In this document: positions 1-11,941 of the stretch, one piece after another
Layout: the number at the start of each line of letters is the position of its first letter
Numbering within the stretch: position 1 is the first letter of the stretch
Assembly: GCA_004431415.1 (NCBI GenBank)
Contig: QPMI01000453.1
Location: 310,001-374,000 of the forward strand
Reading direction: 5' to 3'
DNA length: 64,000 nt
Source of the DNA: Cyanophora paradoxa CCMP329
Lineage: Eukaryota > Plantae > Glaucophyta
Notes under the pieces: model-generated
What the model was told of the DNA's origin: nothing
Seen by the model: the letters and a program-made list of their open reading frames with translations, nothing else
Database searches by the model: none
Program-made: the position numbers and the translations under genes

Positions 1-3000
1 CAGGGGACCGCCGCCGCCTCCGCCGCCGCCGCCGCCGCCGGCCCGCCCCGACGTGCTCGCCCGCAGCTGCGCCGCCGCGATCTCGCGTGTCGACGCCGCG
101 CCCCGCGCTGGGGGTACAGTCCGTCAGCGGGGGGGGGGGTAGGACGAGCAGGGGGCGGAGGGGGGTACCTATGGAATCGGCCTCGGAGGGGGTACAGGGG
201 AAGAGACCGCGGAAGCGGTACCGCTGCACGAGGACAGAGAGCCCCGAGAGATCTGCATTGAAAAACGGCTCAGGAAAAAAGGACACTGAAAAAAAGAAGC
301 GGGGGTAGGCGCACCCTGGTCGGGGTACGCCTGCTGGCGCTTGTGCTCCGTGGCGATGACCGTGGCGAGGTCGCTCCCGACCGCGACCTGGGGGGGTAGG
401 GGGGGTGGGGTGGGGGGGGGTAATGCGACGTCAAGACAAGAAGTCGGAGTCTATCCACCGCGGGCGCGCCCTGGCGCCTCGAAACGAAACCAAATCTCAA
501 TCTTGAATCTAATCTCTCGACTCCTTGCCCCCCCCTTTGCCTGAACCCTTGACCCCCTTTGCCGACTCGTTGCCCCTTGCTTGCTTGACCTAATCTCGAC
601 TCCTTGCCCCCCCTCTGCCTGACCCGCGCACCTCGAACTCTGCGTAGCGGCGCCAGAGGTCGGCGGCGCGCTCCCGGTCCTCCGGGCCCTCCAGCGCCTT
701 CAGCACCCGCTGGAAGAGCACCCGCGCGTCTGCGGCGGGGCGGCGCGCGGATGAGACGCGAGCGGAGCCAGGAAAGGAAGAGAGGGGTAAGGTAGGGGAG
801 TAATAGGTAATCGAGGTAATGGACTGCAAGCCGACGTAAGCCGAGCAGGGCCCCCGGCGCACTCTGCTCGTCGTTGAGCTTCTCGAGGAAGTCGACGTAC
901 TCGCATATGAACGCCGGCTCGCGGATGAAGCGCTTGAGGCCCAGCTCGAAGATGTTGCGCGCGACCTGCGCGAAGGGAGGTGCGCAGTAAGAACGCTGGC
1001 GGATGTGGACAGTAAGAACGGGACTTGACTCTCTCTCTCTCTCACCTTTGGGTCCTTGTTCGTGGCGTACTCTTGGAGCGCTGTGGAGGAGGAGGAAGAG
1101 GAGGGGTTAGAGGAAAGAAGGAGGAGAAGAAGGGGCGAGGGTGCGAGGGGGGGCGGGGCGCGCCGGCGGCGGTGAAGACGTGGTGCGTGCAGGCGGTGGA
1201 CTTGCGTGCGCGGAGGAAGACGCGCCGCGCCGCCTCAACGCCCTCGGAGCGCCGTGCGAAGCGCATGTACTGCACGAAGACCAGCGGGCCGGCGCTCGTC
1301 TCCATAAGCTCCTCGTACACTTTGCGCGCCTCCTGCTCGTAGTAACCTTAATAGAAAGAAAGAAAGAAATCGAGGCAATGCTTAAGAAGAACGCACGTCA
1401 ATGTTCTTTCGGGACTCCTCGAAGTCGGCGTGGGCGAAGTGGAGGACGAGGCACTTGGGGAGGGCCTTGCGCGCCCGCACGTAGAAGTCGTGAGCGCGGT
1501 CCGGCAGGCCCTGCTCGGCGAAGTACGAGGCGGCCTCGTGCCAGACGTCGGGGTAGTGCCGGAGGAAGTTGAGGGCCTGGTTGTACGTCGCAAGCAGGCG
1601 CCGCGCGAGGCCGGCCGCGTCCAGCCGCTGCCAGTTGAGGCGCTCCCACGAGAGCAGCTTGCGCCACCTCTCGACCTGCGCGACCGCTGCTCAGGGACGG
1701 CCGCGGGGCGAGTGCGCGCGCGCGAGCGAGCCGACCTGCTGGAGGTCCCGAGGGGCGTCGCAGGGCGGGCGTGCGAGGAAGTCGAAGCGGATGCCCTCGC
1801 GCTGCGCCTTGCGGTCGCGCAGCACGAGCCGCGAGTGCGCGTACTTCTCGCGGTACTGGTCAAGCAGCGACTTGGCCAGCTGCTTGTTGGGCAGCGAGAG
1901 CTCGAACGCCTCGTAGTCGCGCCAGACCGTGTCCATGTTCACCATCGGCGAGACGAGGGCGCGCTGGTAGGCCCGCCGCACGGCCAGGACCTTCGCGGGC
2001 TCCTCCTGCGCGCTCGCCCGCTGCTCCCGCAGGAACCGGATGTAGTCGAGCCTGCAGGTGGGTCAACGGCGTGAGTCTCACAGAAACCACAACGTCGTCG
2101 GAATCGATCGGAACGAACCAGATGGGCGTCGAGGACATGTCGAAACCGATATGGTTTAGGCTGAACTCGAACGCCTCCTGCACCGCCTCGCGCTCCCCGG
2201 GCCGGCCCCGCTTCACCACCTGCCCGCGCAACGCCGAGTCAAATCGCAGAAAGAACGCGAGCTCAGCGCGCGCCGCGCCGCGCTCGCACCGAGATGTACT
2301 TGATGTAGAAGCGCCAGAGGTCGACGTGGAGCACGTTGAGGAGGCACCGGTGGAAGAGCTTCTCGACCCGCGCGTTCTCCTTCGCCTCAAACTCGTGCTC
2401 GCAGTACTGCCGCCAGTACTTGCCCTGCGAGCCGAGGCGCCCGTGTCGGCCCGCGGAAAGGAATGGAAAGGACGCGCGGGGCGCACGGAGGTCGGGAAGA
2501 GCGTCACGAAGACCTCGTAGAGGTCTCGTGCGTCCCGAATGGGCATGCGCGCGGCTTCCTCCATGATCGTCATCCACGCAGCCGTGTCCCACTCATCCTC
2601 CCGCACTCGCGCCAGGGCCCGCGTGAGCTTGTCCCCGCGCGTAAGCTTCTTCGCCTGCGGACCGGCGACGCTCAGCGCCACGGGACGGGGGCGGCAGCTT
2701 GGGAGGCGAAGCACGGACCAGCTCCTCCAGGCGCTCCTTGACCGAGGGCTCCGGCGGCTTCTCCGCCGCAGGCGCGGGCGGAGGCGACTGCGCTCCAGCG
2801 ACTTCTTGTGCCGCAGGGGCCCCAGGTGCCGGCGCAGGCGAGCTGCCAATCGGCGATGGCGCGGACGGGGCTGCGGGCGGCGGTGCGGCAGCGCTCGGCT
2901 CGGTCTTCACGCTAACCTCCGGCGCTGCAGGTGCGTCTGTCGGGGCGGCGCCTGCAGGCGCTTGCGCGTCTGCTGGCGGTGGCGCGTCGCGGTCGACGCC

Positions 3001-3324
3001 AGGAATGCCCTTCCCCTCGGAGCTGGCGTCGAACGAGCCGGCTGCGGATTCGTCCGCTTCATCGGCTGGCTCCGTCTTCACGTCCGCTGGCTCGGCTTCC
3101 GCCGCGTGGCCGTCTCCCGCCTCCGGTGCATCGTCGATCGGGTCCGAGAGCCGCGGGTCGTCGTTGTCGTACGATGACTCGCCAGCGGCGAACTGAGGCA
3201 CATCGGACGGATCGTCCGCGCGCGCCGCATCGCCTCCCGCCGCGTCGTCTCCCGCCGACTGCGCGACATCCATGGGAGCTTCATCGCCCACGCCGGGAGG
3301 GGGTGAATCCCCCTCCGCCGCCAT
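1..3324 (-). CDS. CSTF3: Cleavage stimulation factor 77 kDa subunit (CstF-77/Suf/Rna14), HAT-repeat protein; multi-exon, 3' end runs off the window
   Basis: Exon peptides match the Suf family: 'DARDLYEVFVTLFPTS-GKYWRQYCEHE..VEKLFHRCLLNVLHVDLWRFYIKYI', 'EAFEFSLNHIGFDMSSTPIW', 'VRRAYQRALVSPMVNMDTVWRDYEAFE', 'LVFVQYMRFARRSEGVEAARRVFLRARK'. ATG at 3324; first intron 2718-2655 is GT-AG. Confidence 0.92.
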
Positions 3325-3443
3325 CGCGCGTCGCGCGGCGATGCGGCGATGCTGCTCTCTGCGCTGCAGGCGCTTAGAGAGGCCTGCGTTCGGGGGATAC
3401 ACGCTCAAATCCGCGGAGCCCAGACCAGCGCCTAAGAGAGTCT

Positions 3444-6064
3444 ATGATCCACCAGTTCTTTGTGCTGAACAAAGAAGGACAGCTCATCCATGTCCGAACA
3501 TGTGCGCGGCTCGCTGGGCGTTGCGCGCCAAGGAACGCCTAGATCCGCGAAGCGCGTAGCTGCGGCCACGAGACCGTTAGCTATGCACGCCCGTGGCTCT
3601 GATCCATCGTTCGGCTGGCCTGGCGCCTCGCCCCCACCCGCGCGTGTCTCGCCTAGGCTTAGCGAGCGCTGACGCCCCTCCCGCGTCCAGACTCCGGGTT
3701 GGAGCTCGACAGGTCGCTGCTCACGGGCTTCTTCTCGAGCATTGGCAGCTTCACGGCGTCGCTCGCGGACCAGACGCTGCGGACGCTGGTGCTGGACAGG
3801 AGCAAGTTCACGTACATCGAGGCCGGCGACTACGTGCTCGTCGCGCACGGGGCGGCGGACGACGCGGACGCCATCGTCCGGCTGCAGCTCTCCTCCATCC
3901 TTCAAATGCTCACGTTCCTCGTCGGCGACCCGCAGCAGTGGTCCCCCGACACGCTCACCCTCGACGGCCTCGACGCGCGCCCGCCCCGCCCCGCCCGCCG
4001 CTCGGACAGGCCGCTGATCCGCCCGCTCGCGCGCGCACGCAGGACGTGATCGATCAGATCGTGGAGCGGTTCAACCACGACATCGCCGCCGTCGCGCAGG
4101 GCTTCCCGAAGGCGCGCGAGCGAGCGCGCGCGGGGCGATCGAATTCGTCCCTTCGGCGCCTGAGCGAGCGAGGCCCGAGCAGGTGGCGCTGGACAAGGGC
4201 GCGAGCGACCAGCTGGAGCGGCTGCTGGCGTCGCTCGAGGCGCACGGGGACGTCCAGGGCGCCGCGCTCCTCCTGGGGCGCTCCGTCCTCCACTCCCGCC
4301 TCACCGTCCCCGACACCCGCGCGGTGAGCGAGCTCGAGCTCGAGCTCGAGGCTCGAGGCTCGAGCTCGAGCCGGGGGGGGGGTACAGGTGCTTGCCTACG
4401 CGACGGCGCGGCCGCTGGGGGTGGCGGCGGCGCGGACGACGCCCGTCTTCAGCGAGGGCCGCTGGCGCCACCTCATCCTCTACCGCCTCCGCACCGCCTC
4501 CATCGCCCTCATCACCGGCGTCCAGGCCCGCCCCGCCCGCCCGCCCGCCCGTCCCCTAGGGAGGTCCCTGTATCTTGGCTTGGGCTTCCAGGCCCTTAGA
4601 GAGATCTTTGTGTCCTGGCCGCCCGCCCGCCCGCCCGCCCGCCCGCCCCGATCTCCTTAGCCACCGCGACCCACCGGAGCCCTCTATCTTCTTAGATAGA
4701 TCTTCAGAGGATGAGGGCGGCCCGCCCCGATCTCCTTAGCCACCGCGGCGCATAGCCCTCGTCACCGGCGTCCAGGCCCGCCCTCCCCGCCCGCCCTACG
4801 CGCCCGCCCGCCCGCCCGCCCCGGTCTCCTGCTCCGCCCTCCTCGGGCCCGGCCCGCCCGGGGCGACGTGGAGCCCTCTGTCTTCTTAGATAGATCTTGG
4901 CGGCCAGGCTCGCCCGCCCTCCCGCCCGCCCGACCGCCCGCCCGCCCGCCCCGCTCCCTGCGCCAGTCTCCCTATCCCAGGCTAAAAATAGAGCTTAGCT
5001 TCGCGGCGCCCCCCGCCTCCCTCCCTCCCCCGCCCTTCTCTGCCCTGAGCGGACGGCCCCTGCTCGGCGGCCTGACGTAACGCAGGTGCTGTACGACGCG
5101 CTGGCGCCGCACCTCGCCGCCTTCGAGCGGCACGTCGCCGACGCCGGCCTCTCCCTCCCCATCGAGGTCCGCCCTGCCCCGCCCCCGCCCCTCGCGTTCC
5201 GCCCATTGAGGCTTTGGCCGGCGCAGGAGCCGCCGGTGCAGCTGCGGCAGTTCGCCAGCCGCGAGGTCGTCGCCTTCGTCTACGGCAACGCCCGCTCCGG
5301 TCAGGTGAGCCAGCGCGCCGTACCCCTCAGACACGGCTCTCTCTAGACACGGCTTCTCTCTAGACGCCCGCTCCGGCCAGGTGAGCCAGCGACCGAGCGA
5401 GCGAGCGCGGCGCCGTACCCCTCAGCGGGCCGGGCCTTACCCCTCAGCGGGCCGTACCCCTCAGCGGGCCTTAATCCTCAGCGGGCCGTACCCCACAGCG
5501 CGCCGTATCCCTAAGCGGGCCGTACCCGTAAGCGGGCCGTACCCCTAAGCGGGCCGTACCCCACAGCGGGCCGTACCCCTCAGCGGGCCGTGACCCTAAG
5601 CGGGCCGTTCCCCTCAGCGGGCCGTGACCCTTAGGCTGAGCCGCCCGTCCGCGTGCGCAGTTGGTAGTGCCGCAGATGCGACCGGCGCCGCCCGTGGAGC
5701 AGCAGCGGACCGCCGACGCCTTCCGCTGGTTCACCAACCGCGCCCTGTACCCCCCTCCCCTCCCTCCCGCCCTCACGCCTCGAACCTCATCTCATTCTCG
5801 TACCCTCGCAGGATGCTCCTGCAGGACGACGTGCGTGACGTCTTCCTGTACCGGGAGGGGTACCGCTTCCACGCCCACCGGGAGGGGCCCCACCTCCTCT
5901 ACGTCCTCTGCACCGACCAGGTGGGGCCTTGGCCTTGGCCTGGCCATATGGCCTCCCCCCCCCCCCCCCCTTCGCTCCCCCTCAGGCGAGCTCAGGTGAG
6001 GGCGGGGGACCTGGAGGGAATGACGTCGGAGATCCAAAGGACCTGCGCCCTCCGCTCTTCCTGA
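3444..6064 (+). CDS. Tri-longin-domain protein (Fuzzy/Mon1/HPS1-type Rab GEF subunit), multi-exon
   Basis: Longin-like start MIHQFFVLNKEGQLIH; then 'LLTGFFSSIGSF..LRTLVLDRSKFTYIEAGDYVLVAH'; second unit 'GDVQGAALLLGRSVLHSRL'; third unit 'VVAFVY..DVFLYREGYRFHAHREGPHLLYVL'. Consistent introns, e.g. 3975-4042 and 4112-4182. Subfamily not resolved. Confidence 0.7.
5413..5635. repeat. Intronic minisatellite, ~17-bp unit gcgggccgtacccctca, about a dozen degenerate copies
   Basis: Directly visible tandem repeat. Confidence 0.85.
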
Positions 6065-6229
6065 GCCAGGCCACGTACCCCCCTTCCCCCCTTCCCCCCC
6101 CCCCATCCCCCACCCCCCACCCAACCTCTCTGCGCACCCGGGCCCGCATGCACTCACATGAAATTAATATGAAATTAAAAAAGAAATACGTTTACAAATG
6201 GGAGCGCCCAATGATCTCGGCGTCTGCGC

Positions 6230-9200
6230 TCATCGCCTCGCCTTGGTCGGCGGTGCTGACGGCCGTGGGGGCCCCATCGCCCCAACCGGCTCCGGCAGCG
6301 GGGCAGCCCCGGCCTCAAGTTGCCTCTTGCGCCGGTTAACGTTGCGGCCCGGCCCCGGAGCCGCCGAGGCGGCACCGGTACTGGCGCTGGCCAAGGAATC
6401 CCGGTCCTCGTCCTCCTCTCCGGCCCGGCTGGCCATGGCCACCGGCTGCAGCTGCTGCATCCCCTGCCGGCGCCCCGCGATCGACGACGATGCCACGGAC
6501 GACATGTCGTCCTCGACGACCGGTTGCAGCCGTACGCGTGAGGACGTCGATGCCGGCGCTGCGGCTGCGCTGCGGCTGGGGCGCCCCGGACCAGCACCGC
6601 GGGGGCCGGGGCCGGAGCCGGATCCGATGTCGATCTCTCTGGCGGCACCCGAGGAGGAGGAGCTCGAGAGCACCGAGGGGGGTGCATGCGCCCTCGGACG
6701 GCTCGGGCCTGCGGATGGTCCAGCCGCCGCCTCGGGCTCGTCGGGCTCCTCGTGGCCGGCAATCGCAGCCTCCGGAGCCTGTGACAGGGAATCTTCCGGC
6801 GACACGTCCTCTTGATGTTGTTGAAAATCGAGTGCCATCAGCGCCTGGCCAGAATCAAGCGCAGGTCAGCTGCAGGATCGGGGAATACCGCTAGCTTGAG
6901 TTGCTCCAAGTTGGCCAAACGCACCGAATGCGTGGGTGGTGCGGTAATAAAAGTCCGCCTCTGTGTGTAGCACGTTTCCGCGATCGGATTCTTTTCCTTT
7001 CCACGATTGGCAGGATGGTTGCGATCGAGATCGTACAGCTTAAAGCCTTGCCAATCCCAGAACTTGTAGACGCTCAACGAGAACTTTAGTTCCTTCAATT
7101 CGCTCGCCATCATGGTGAGCATGGTGTCGCCTTTGATGACGTACTGGAAAATCAGCCTCGTGTCCCTGGAAATAAATAATACACGTCAAGATCTCGTCAT
7201 CGGGGACTAAGAAAAAGGAGGCCGCACGTGAGGCTCTGAAATGGATTCACGCTGAAGCCTTCACCTTCTGATTCGCACAGCCAGCTCCAGAATTCGTATT
7301 CGTTCCACGCTCGCGGTGCCTTCCATTCATTCAGCGAATGCGCTCATTCAAACAAATTACGATGAGCACCTTTTCACTTCTCAGCGACTTCAGCAGATTC
7401 TCATTCTCTTTCAAGAGCGCTTGCAGTCTGCGCTTGATATCGGGGAGCTCCTTGAACTCGTGGAGTGGCAATTCGCTCGACATATCCATTTTCGTTTTGA
7501 TTTCGTCCCACGACTGGAGGAAAGATTCAAGAGCAGCACTGCGATTGAACTGTCAATGAACGATAATAGCACGGACGAAACAAAAACGCGGACGGGTCAA
7601 CCGCGCTTGCAGCTGGTGCGCCGGCTTGCGATTGCAATTGGCGCTCGGAAGCTGGAGCGTACGATTGCAGCTGCGGAATCGGACAATTAGACGATCGGCA
7701 AAGAAGCCACTGCATTAATATTAAGACAGCAAAGCAGAATCTTGAACCTGCGCCCCGCCCTCTTGCTGCTTCTGCTGCTGCTGCTGCTGTACATGTTCTT
7801 GTGCGATTCGCGGTTGAGCCCTGCATGCCATAAAGAGAATCAGATGGACATCCAGAAATTAAATATCGATTCTGTGAACGCGTACGGCTCCGCATCGTGG
7901 TACTGCTGATCCTCCGACTCCTTCGCATGCTGACGAGTCTGTTAGAATTCGAATAGAGTTCCTCTCGCGAAACCAGTGCACGTGGCCCCTCACGAACCTC
8001 CTCTTCTTGCTGAGCGCTCGACGCCGCAGGGAGCAGAAGGAGCGGGCTTTCTCCCCTGTCGACGTCGGGCACTGGAGAGGCGCCGTCCTGCTGCGCTAGC
8101 GCTCCAGGCGACCGTGGGCGATCGCGAGCGCTCGACGCTGCAGCTGCAGCTGCGGGGGGCGGAAGGAGCGGGCCTTCGCCCCTGTACATGTTGTCGGGCA
8201 CTGGAGAGGCGCCGGCGCCGTGGGCGGGGAGTTCCCGGTCGAAGGCCTGAGCGGCGGATCCGGAGGGCGCATGCGCACGCAGGGCGTCCGGAGACCTGGA
8301 ATCGACAAGTCCCCGTGGGAGGTACCGCTGCCAGCCGAGATCGATGAGCGAAGTTCGGGAAGGCGGGTGCATGCGCATGCAAATGCCGACCTGCATCGCG
8401 CGAAGGACATCTTCGGCGCTGCAGCTGCTGCCAGTTGCTACGTAGAGGCACTCAAAGTTCACGCCGACTAGATGGAAGTAGTCCTCGAGCTCGGGCTCTG
8501 CCACGCCAGCGTTCTTCTTAGTCGCCATGAACGCCTCGTAGTCCTGCCGGGAGATTAGGAAACGGAATTCTTGAGAGCCGAACGGGAGATATTTAGCACG
8601 GACCTTTGTCGCACTGATCGTTGCGTAAGCCTGCCGGGAGAAACGTAAAACCTTATGATCAAGAAGCAAATATATTTGTGGACGATGGGAATGTATAGTG
8701 CACCTCGAAGGCCGAGTCTACGGTCTTCCATGGCCACTTGCCAGGGAGTGACACAAGAGGGAGAGCCCATTTCCGTGGCAGCGTCTGCACCGAACCGGGG
8801 GATCATGATTAGGGACGAAGGGAGGGTGGAGGAGGATAGGATCATGACTAGGGATCCAAAAGGGAGGAGAGGGGCGTGGGCGGCACGCCTCCAAGGAAGC
8901 TTGCACGTAATCGCCAGTCTTTTCGCGGTAGGTGAAGTACAAATCGAAAGGCACGTGGTATTTTGGCTTAAAAGCTCGGGAGCGCTGCTACAAAATCGTA
9001 TCAAGTTATGATCAGCGGACAGTACTTGATAAATAAAGCATCTGCAATATTAATCTCACCATGTTGATGTCTTGCGACAAGCCGACTCGCGCCTTCCCAA
9101 TGGCAAGGATGCTCGGGGCATTTGCCCACACGAGGACGGCGCCCTGCCCGCGCGATGCATATAAGTCACGAAGGCATATATAACACTAAATTTTAACCGC

Positions 9201-11533
9201 GAAACAAACACGAACGTCTTCACAATCCAGCGGGCCGCCAAGGGGGCGGAAGGAGACGCCTCCAAGCAGCTTTTCCATCTTTTCCAGCTCCTCGCGATCG
9301 TCGCTCAAGTCCGAGTCCCCAGCAGGCGCTGAACAGCCCGTGATCATGAGCGCGAGGGGGAGATCGTATATAAGAGAGCATGAAATTATTCACTTTGCTT
9401 TTCGATTTTCAAAAACACTCTGTGCGGAGGTGCCGTGTGGGGGCAAATTAAAGTTCAGAGTCACAAAACCACGGGCGTTTAATTGCAAGCTTAAGGAGAT
9501 TTGCGCATGCGCGCACCCGCAGGCATTTCCGCGGGCGCGAACCCCATTCATGGCGCTCGAGCTCGAGCTGGAGCTCGACGAGGGGGCGTCGGCATCGGAC
9601 GGAGACGGGTGCGGATGCGGATGCGGATGCGGGCTCGAGTCGGGTTCGGGATCGATCGCGGGCTCGTCCTGAGCCCCGGCGGATTCGCGATCGTCGGATC
9701 CGTCGCGATCGTCGGATCCGTCGCGATCGAACGACTCCGACGTCGCCGGCGACGGGCCCAGGGGCTGCTGCTGGGGGGGAGGTGGCGGGGGGGCGGAGGG
9801 GGAGGACGAGCTCGAGGTGGGGGCAGAAGCGGGGGAGGGGGAGGGGGAGGAGGGGGCGGAGCTCGAGGACGAATTCGAAGGGGCAGCAGCGGAGGAAGAG
9901 GACGAGGACGAGGACGAGGAGGCAGCTGCGGCAGAAGATCTAGATGAGGGGGCGGATCCTGAGGATGGGGGCGACGAGCTCGAGGCGGCGGTGCAATCGA
10001 CCTGCGGTGAAGAAGAAAGGGGCCAGTTAAGATATCGATGGATGCAGCCTTTGAATTCAAATTCGAATAGCAGGGGTACGGCACCCGCGACTTTCTTCCT
10101 CTATTATTCTCTGCCCGCGGCCTCCTGCTCTCGTCCTCGGGCTCGCGAGTCGTCGTCGCCACCTTGGCCTGCCATTAAACCTTCAGGGCCGCATACGAAA
10201 ATTGATTCTAGATCTGGGCGGATTCGAACCAGGAACTTGATGAGCGCACCGGTCCCCTCCAGGACCTCGCGGGGTTCCTGCCGAGGGGGGGAGGGGGGGG
10301 GGGATACTCACGGTTTGCGTGGGGGAAAGATGGGAGGGGGGCACCCAGGTGTTGAACGCGGGGTCCCACAGGCACCATTTGACCAAGAACTCCTCCACGG
10401 TCTTTCCGCCCTCGATCTGCGCGCGGCCCGGTCGACCAAAGCTCAAATCCGGGAGGCGAGTTTAATTTTCGCGGCAGGACTCCGGGACTGGCACGGACCC
10501 TCTCGCGCCTCTGTTTGATCGATTCGACGAAGTACTCAGCCTCCTCAGCCGCTTTCTGAAGGGCAGTTGCAATCGGTGGGGGGCGGGGACGGGAGGGGGG
10601 TGGGCGGGGACGGGAGGGGGGGACGGGAGGGGGGGGGGGGGGGGGGGGCAAGAGGGGAAAGCTGGGAGTACCGGGTTTCCATCGAAGGCGCCCTTGTCCT
10701 TCAGGAACTGTTTGAGCGCCTTGGCGACCTGTGGGGGTACGCTTATTATAAGCAAGGATAGTCACGCAGCCAATAGCTGCAGCTGCAGCTCGCCTCGGGC
10801 GCGTCTTTCCTCTTGTCGAAGCACCCGACCTGTACGGGAGTGTAAGACGCGAAAGTGACGGAAACAGTGCAAGGAGCGGCCGCGGACCGCGCTCTGTGGA
10901 GAGCGACCCTCTCTTGAGAGCGACGCCCTCTCTCCAAACATGGCGCGAAACCATGGCTCGCCGGCGTATTCCCACAGCTTATTGTTGAGTCGGGCATCCA
11001 TCATGTCGTGCTTGCCGTTCGCCAGGAGCTCGAAGAGCTCCGGGCCGCGCAGCGCGATCTTCATGCGGTCGTGGAAGCGGCCCGCCGCATCCTCATCTGC
11101 GGTCCAGTGCCTGACCTGCAGCGCGTGATCATGAGCTCCAGGGACGACATGTACAGCTAGCTATAACGTGAGATCGGCGCCGCGGCCGGCCGCGGCGCCG
11201 GCGCCCCGCGCGCGCGCACCCGCACAGACTTGTGGCTGACCTCAGCGTACCACCTGCGGCGCAAATCAGCGCGCGAAGCTGTGCAGGACAGCGAAGTTAC
11301 TTGCATTGAGCTACCGGCTTTCTTTAGGTGAACGCCGAAGAAACGGGACGGCTGCAGCTGAGCGACGGAGTTGTCCGCGACGGGTCCCTCCGTCTCGCCC
11401 TCGCTCTCCTTCGACTCGTCCTCGCTCTCGGGACGACGCCTCTACGCACGCGGGGCGGTTGATAAGCGCGCGGTTCGAGCTCGCGGGCGGTCGACTCGGG
11501 CACCTTGCGTCTGGCTCCCCGCGAGGCCGCCAT
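6230..11533 (-). CDS. Multi-exon nuclear protein with NLS, AP2-like DNA-binding domain, chromodomain and SAM-like domain
   Basis: ATG 11533 MAASRGARRK|RRRPE. AP2-like 'SRFFGVHLKK..WYAEVSHKS(VR)VRHWTADEDAAGRFHDRMKIALRGPE' (~11350-11040). Chromodomain 'EYFVESIKQR..IEGGKTVEEFLVKWCLWDPAFNTW|EPREVL' (~10540-10255). SAM-like 'PRAWNEYEFWSWL..IFQYVIKGDTMLTMMASELKELKFSL' (~7320-7070). Stop at 6230. That all exons belong to one gene is inferred from strand and the splice phases checked. Confidence 0.65.
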
Positions 11534-11673
11534 CAATTTGCTGGGGCTGGTGCAAGTCACCTCGAGCTCGCCAAACGCTGCTCGTCGCTGAGGGAGAACG
11601 TTACCGCTGTACCCCCAAACACTGCTCTTCAAGCAGCTCTTGCAGCTCTTCAAGCAGCTCTTGAAGCGCACAT

Positions 11674-11941
11674 CAAAGCCGCCGCACGGTCTTGTATCGA
11701 TAGGCGCACACGCAGATCAGCGGCTAGCTTCCTGGCAGCGTTGACCAGTTGCACTGCCAAGGCAGGGGCCTCCAGCGCAGATCGAAGACGTCGTGCAATC
11801 GATCCAAGCGGGCACGCCGAACCCGAGCGCATGCACGCCGAGTCCGAACGAGCTCCGGCGTTGCGCATGCCCGCAGCCGGGGTCGCGGCGAGAGCAGGAG
11901 GCTCAGGCGCGAGGACTGCAGACGCGGAGCGCCAGTCCACG
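11674..11941 (+). repeat. Diverged duplicate of 15301-15578 (upstream region and first exon of the + strand F-box gene); this copy lacks the ATG
   Basis: Shared blocks 'tgtatcgataggcgcac', 'cctccagcgcagatcgaagacgtcgtgcaatcgatc' and 'gcgcatgcccgcagccggggtcgcggcgagagcaggag..tcaggcgcgaggactgcagacgcggagcgccagtcca'. Confidence 0.9.

Noticed and set aside
9817-10518. Acidic 233-aa + strand ORF
   Set aside because: Antisense of Ser/Pro-rich and chromodomain exons of the minus-strand gene.
10255-10540. Chromodomain as part of a chromovirus LTR retrotransposon
   Set aside because: It is interrupted by spliceosomal introns, and no RT, RNase H, integrase or LTRs are visible.
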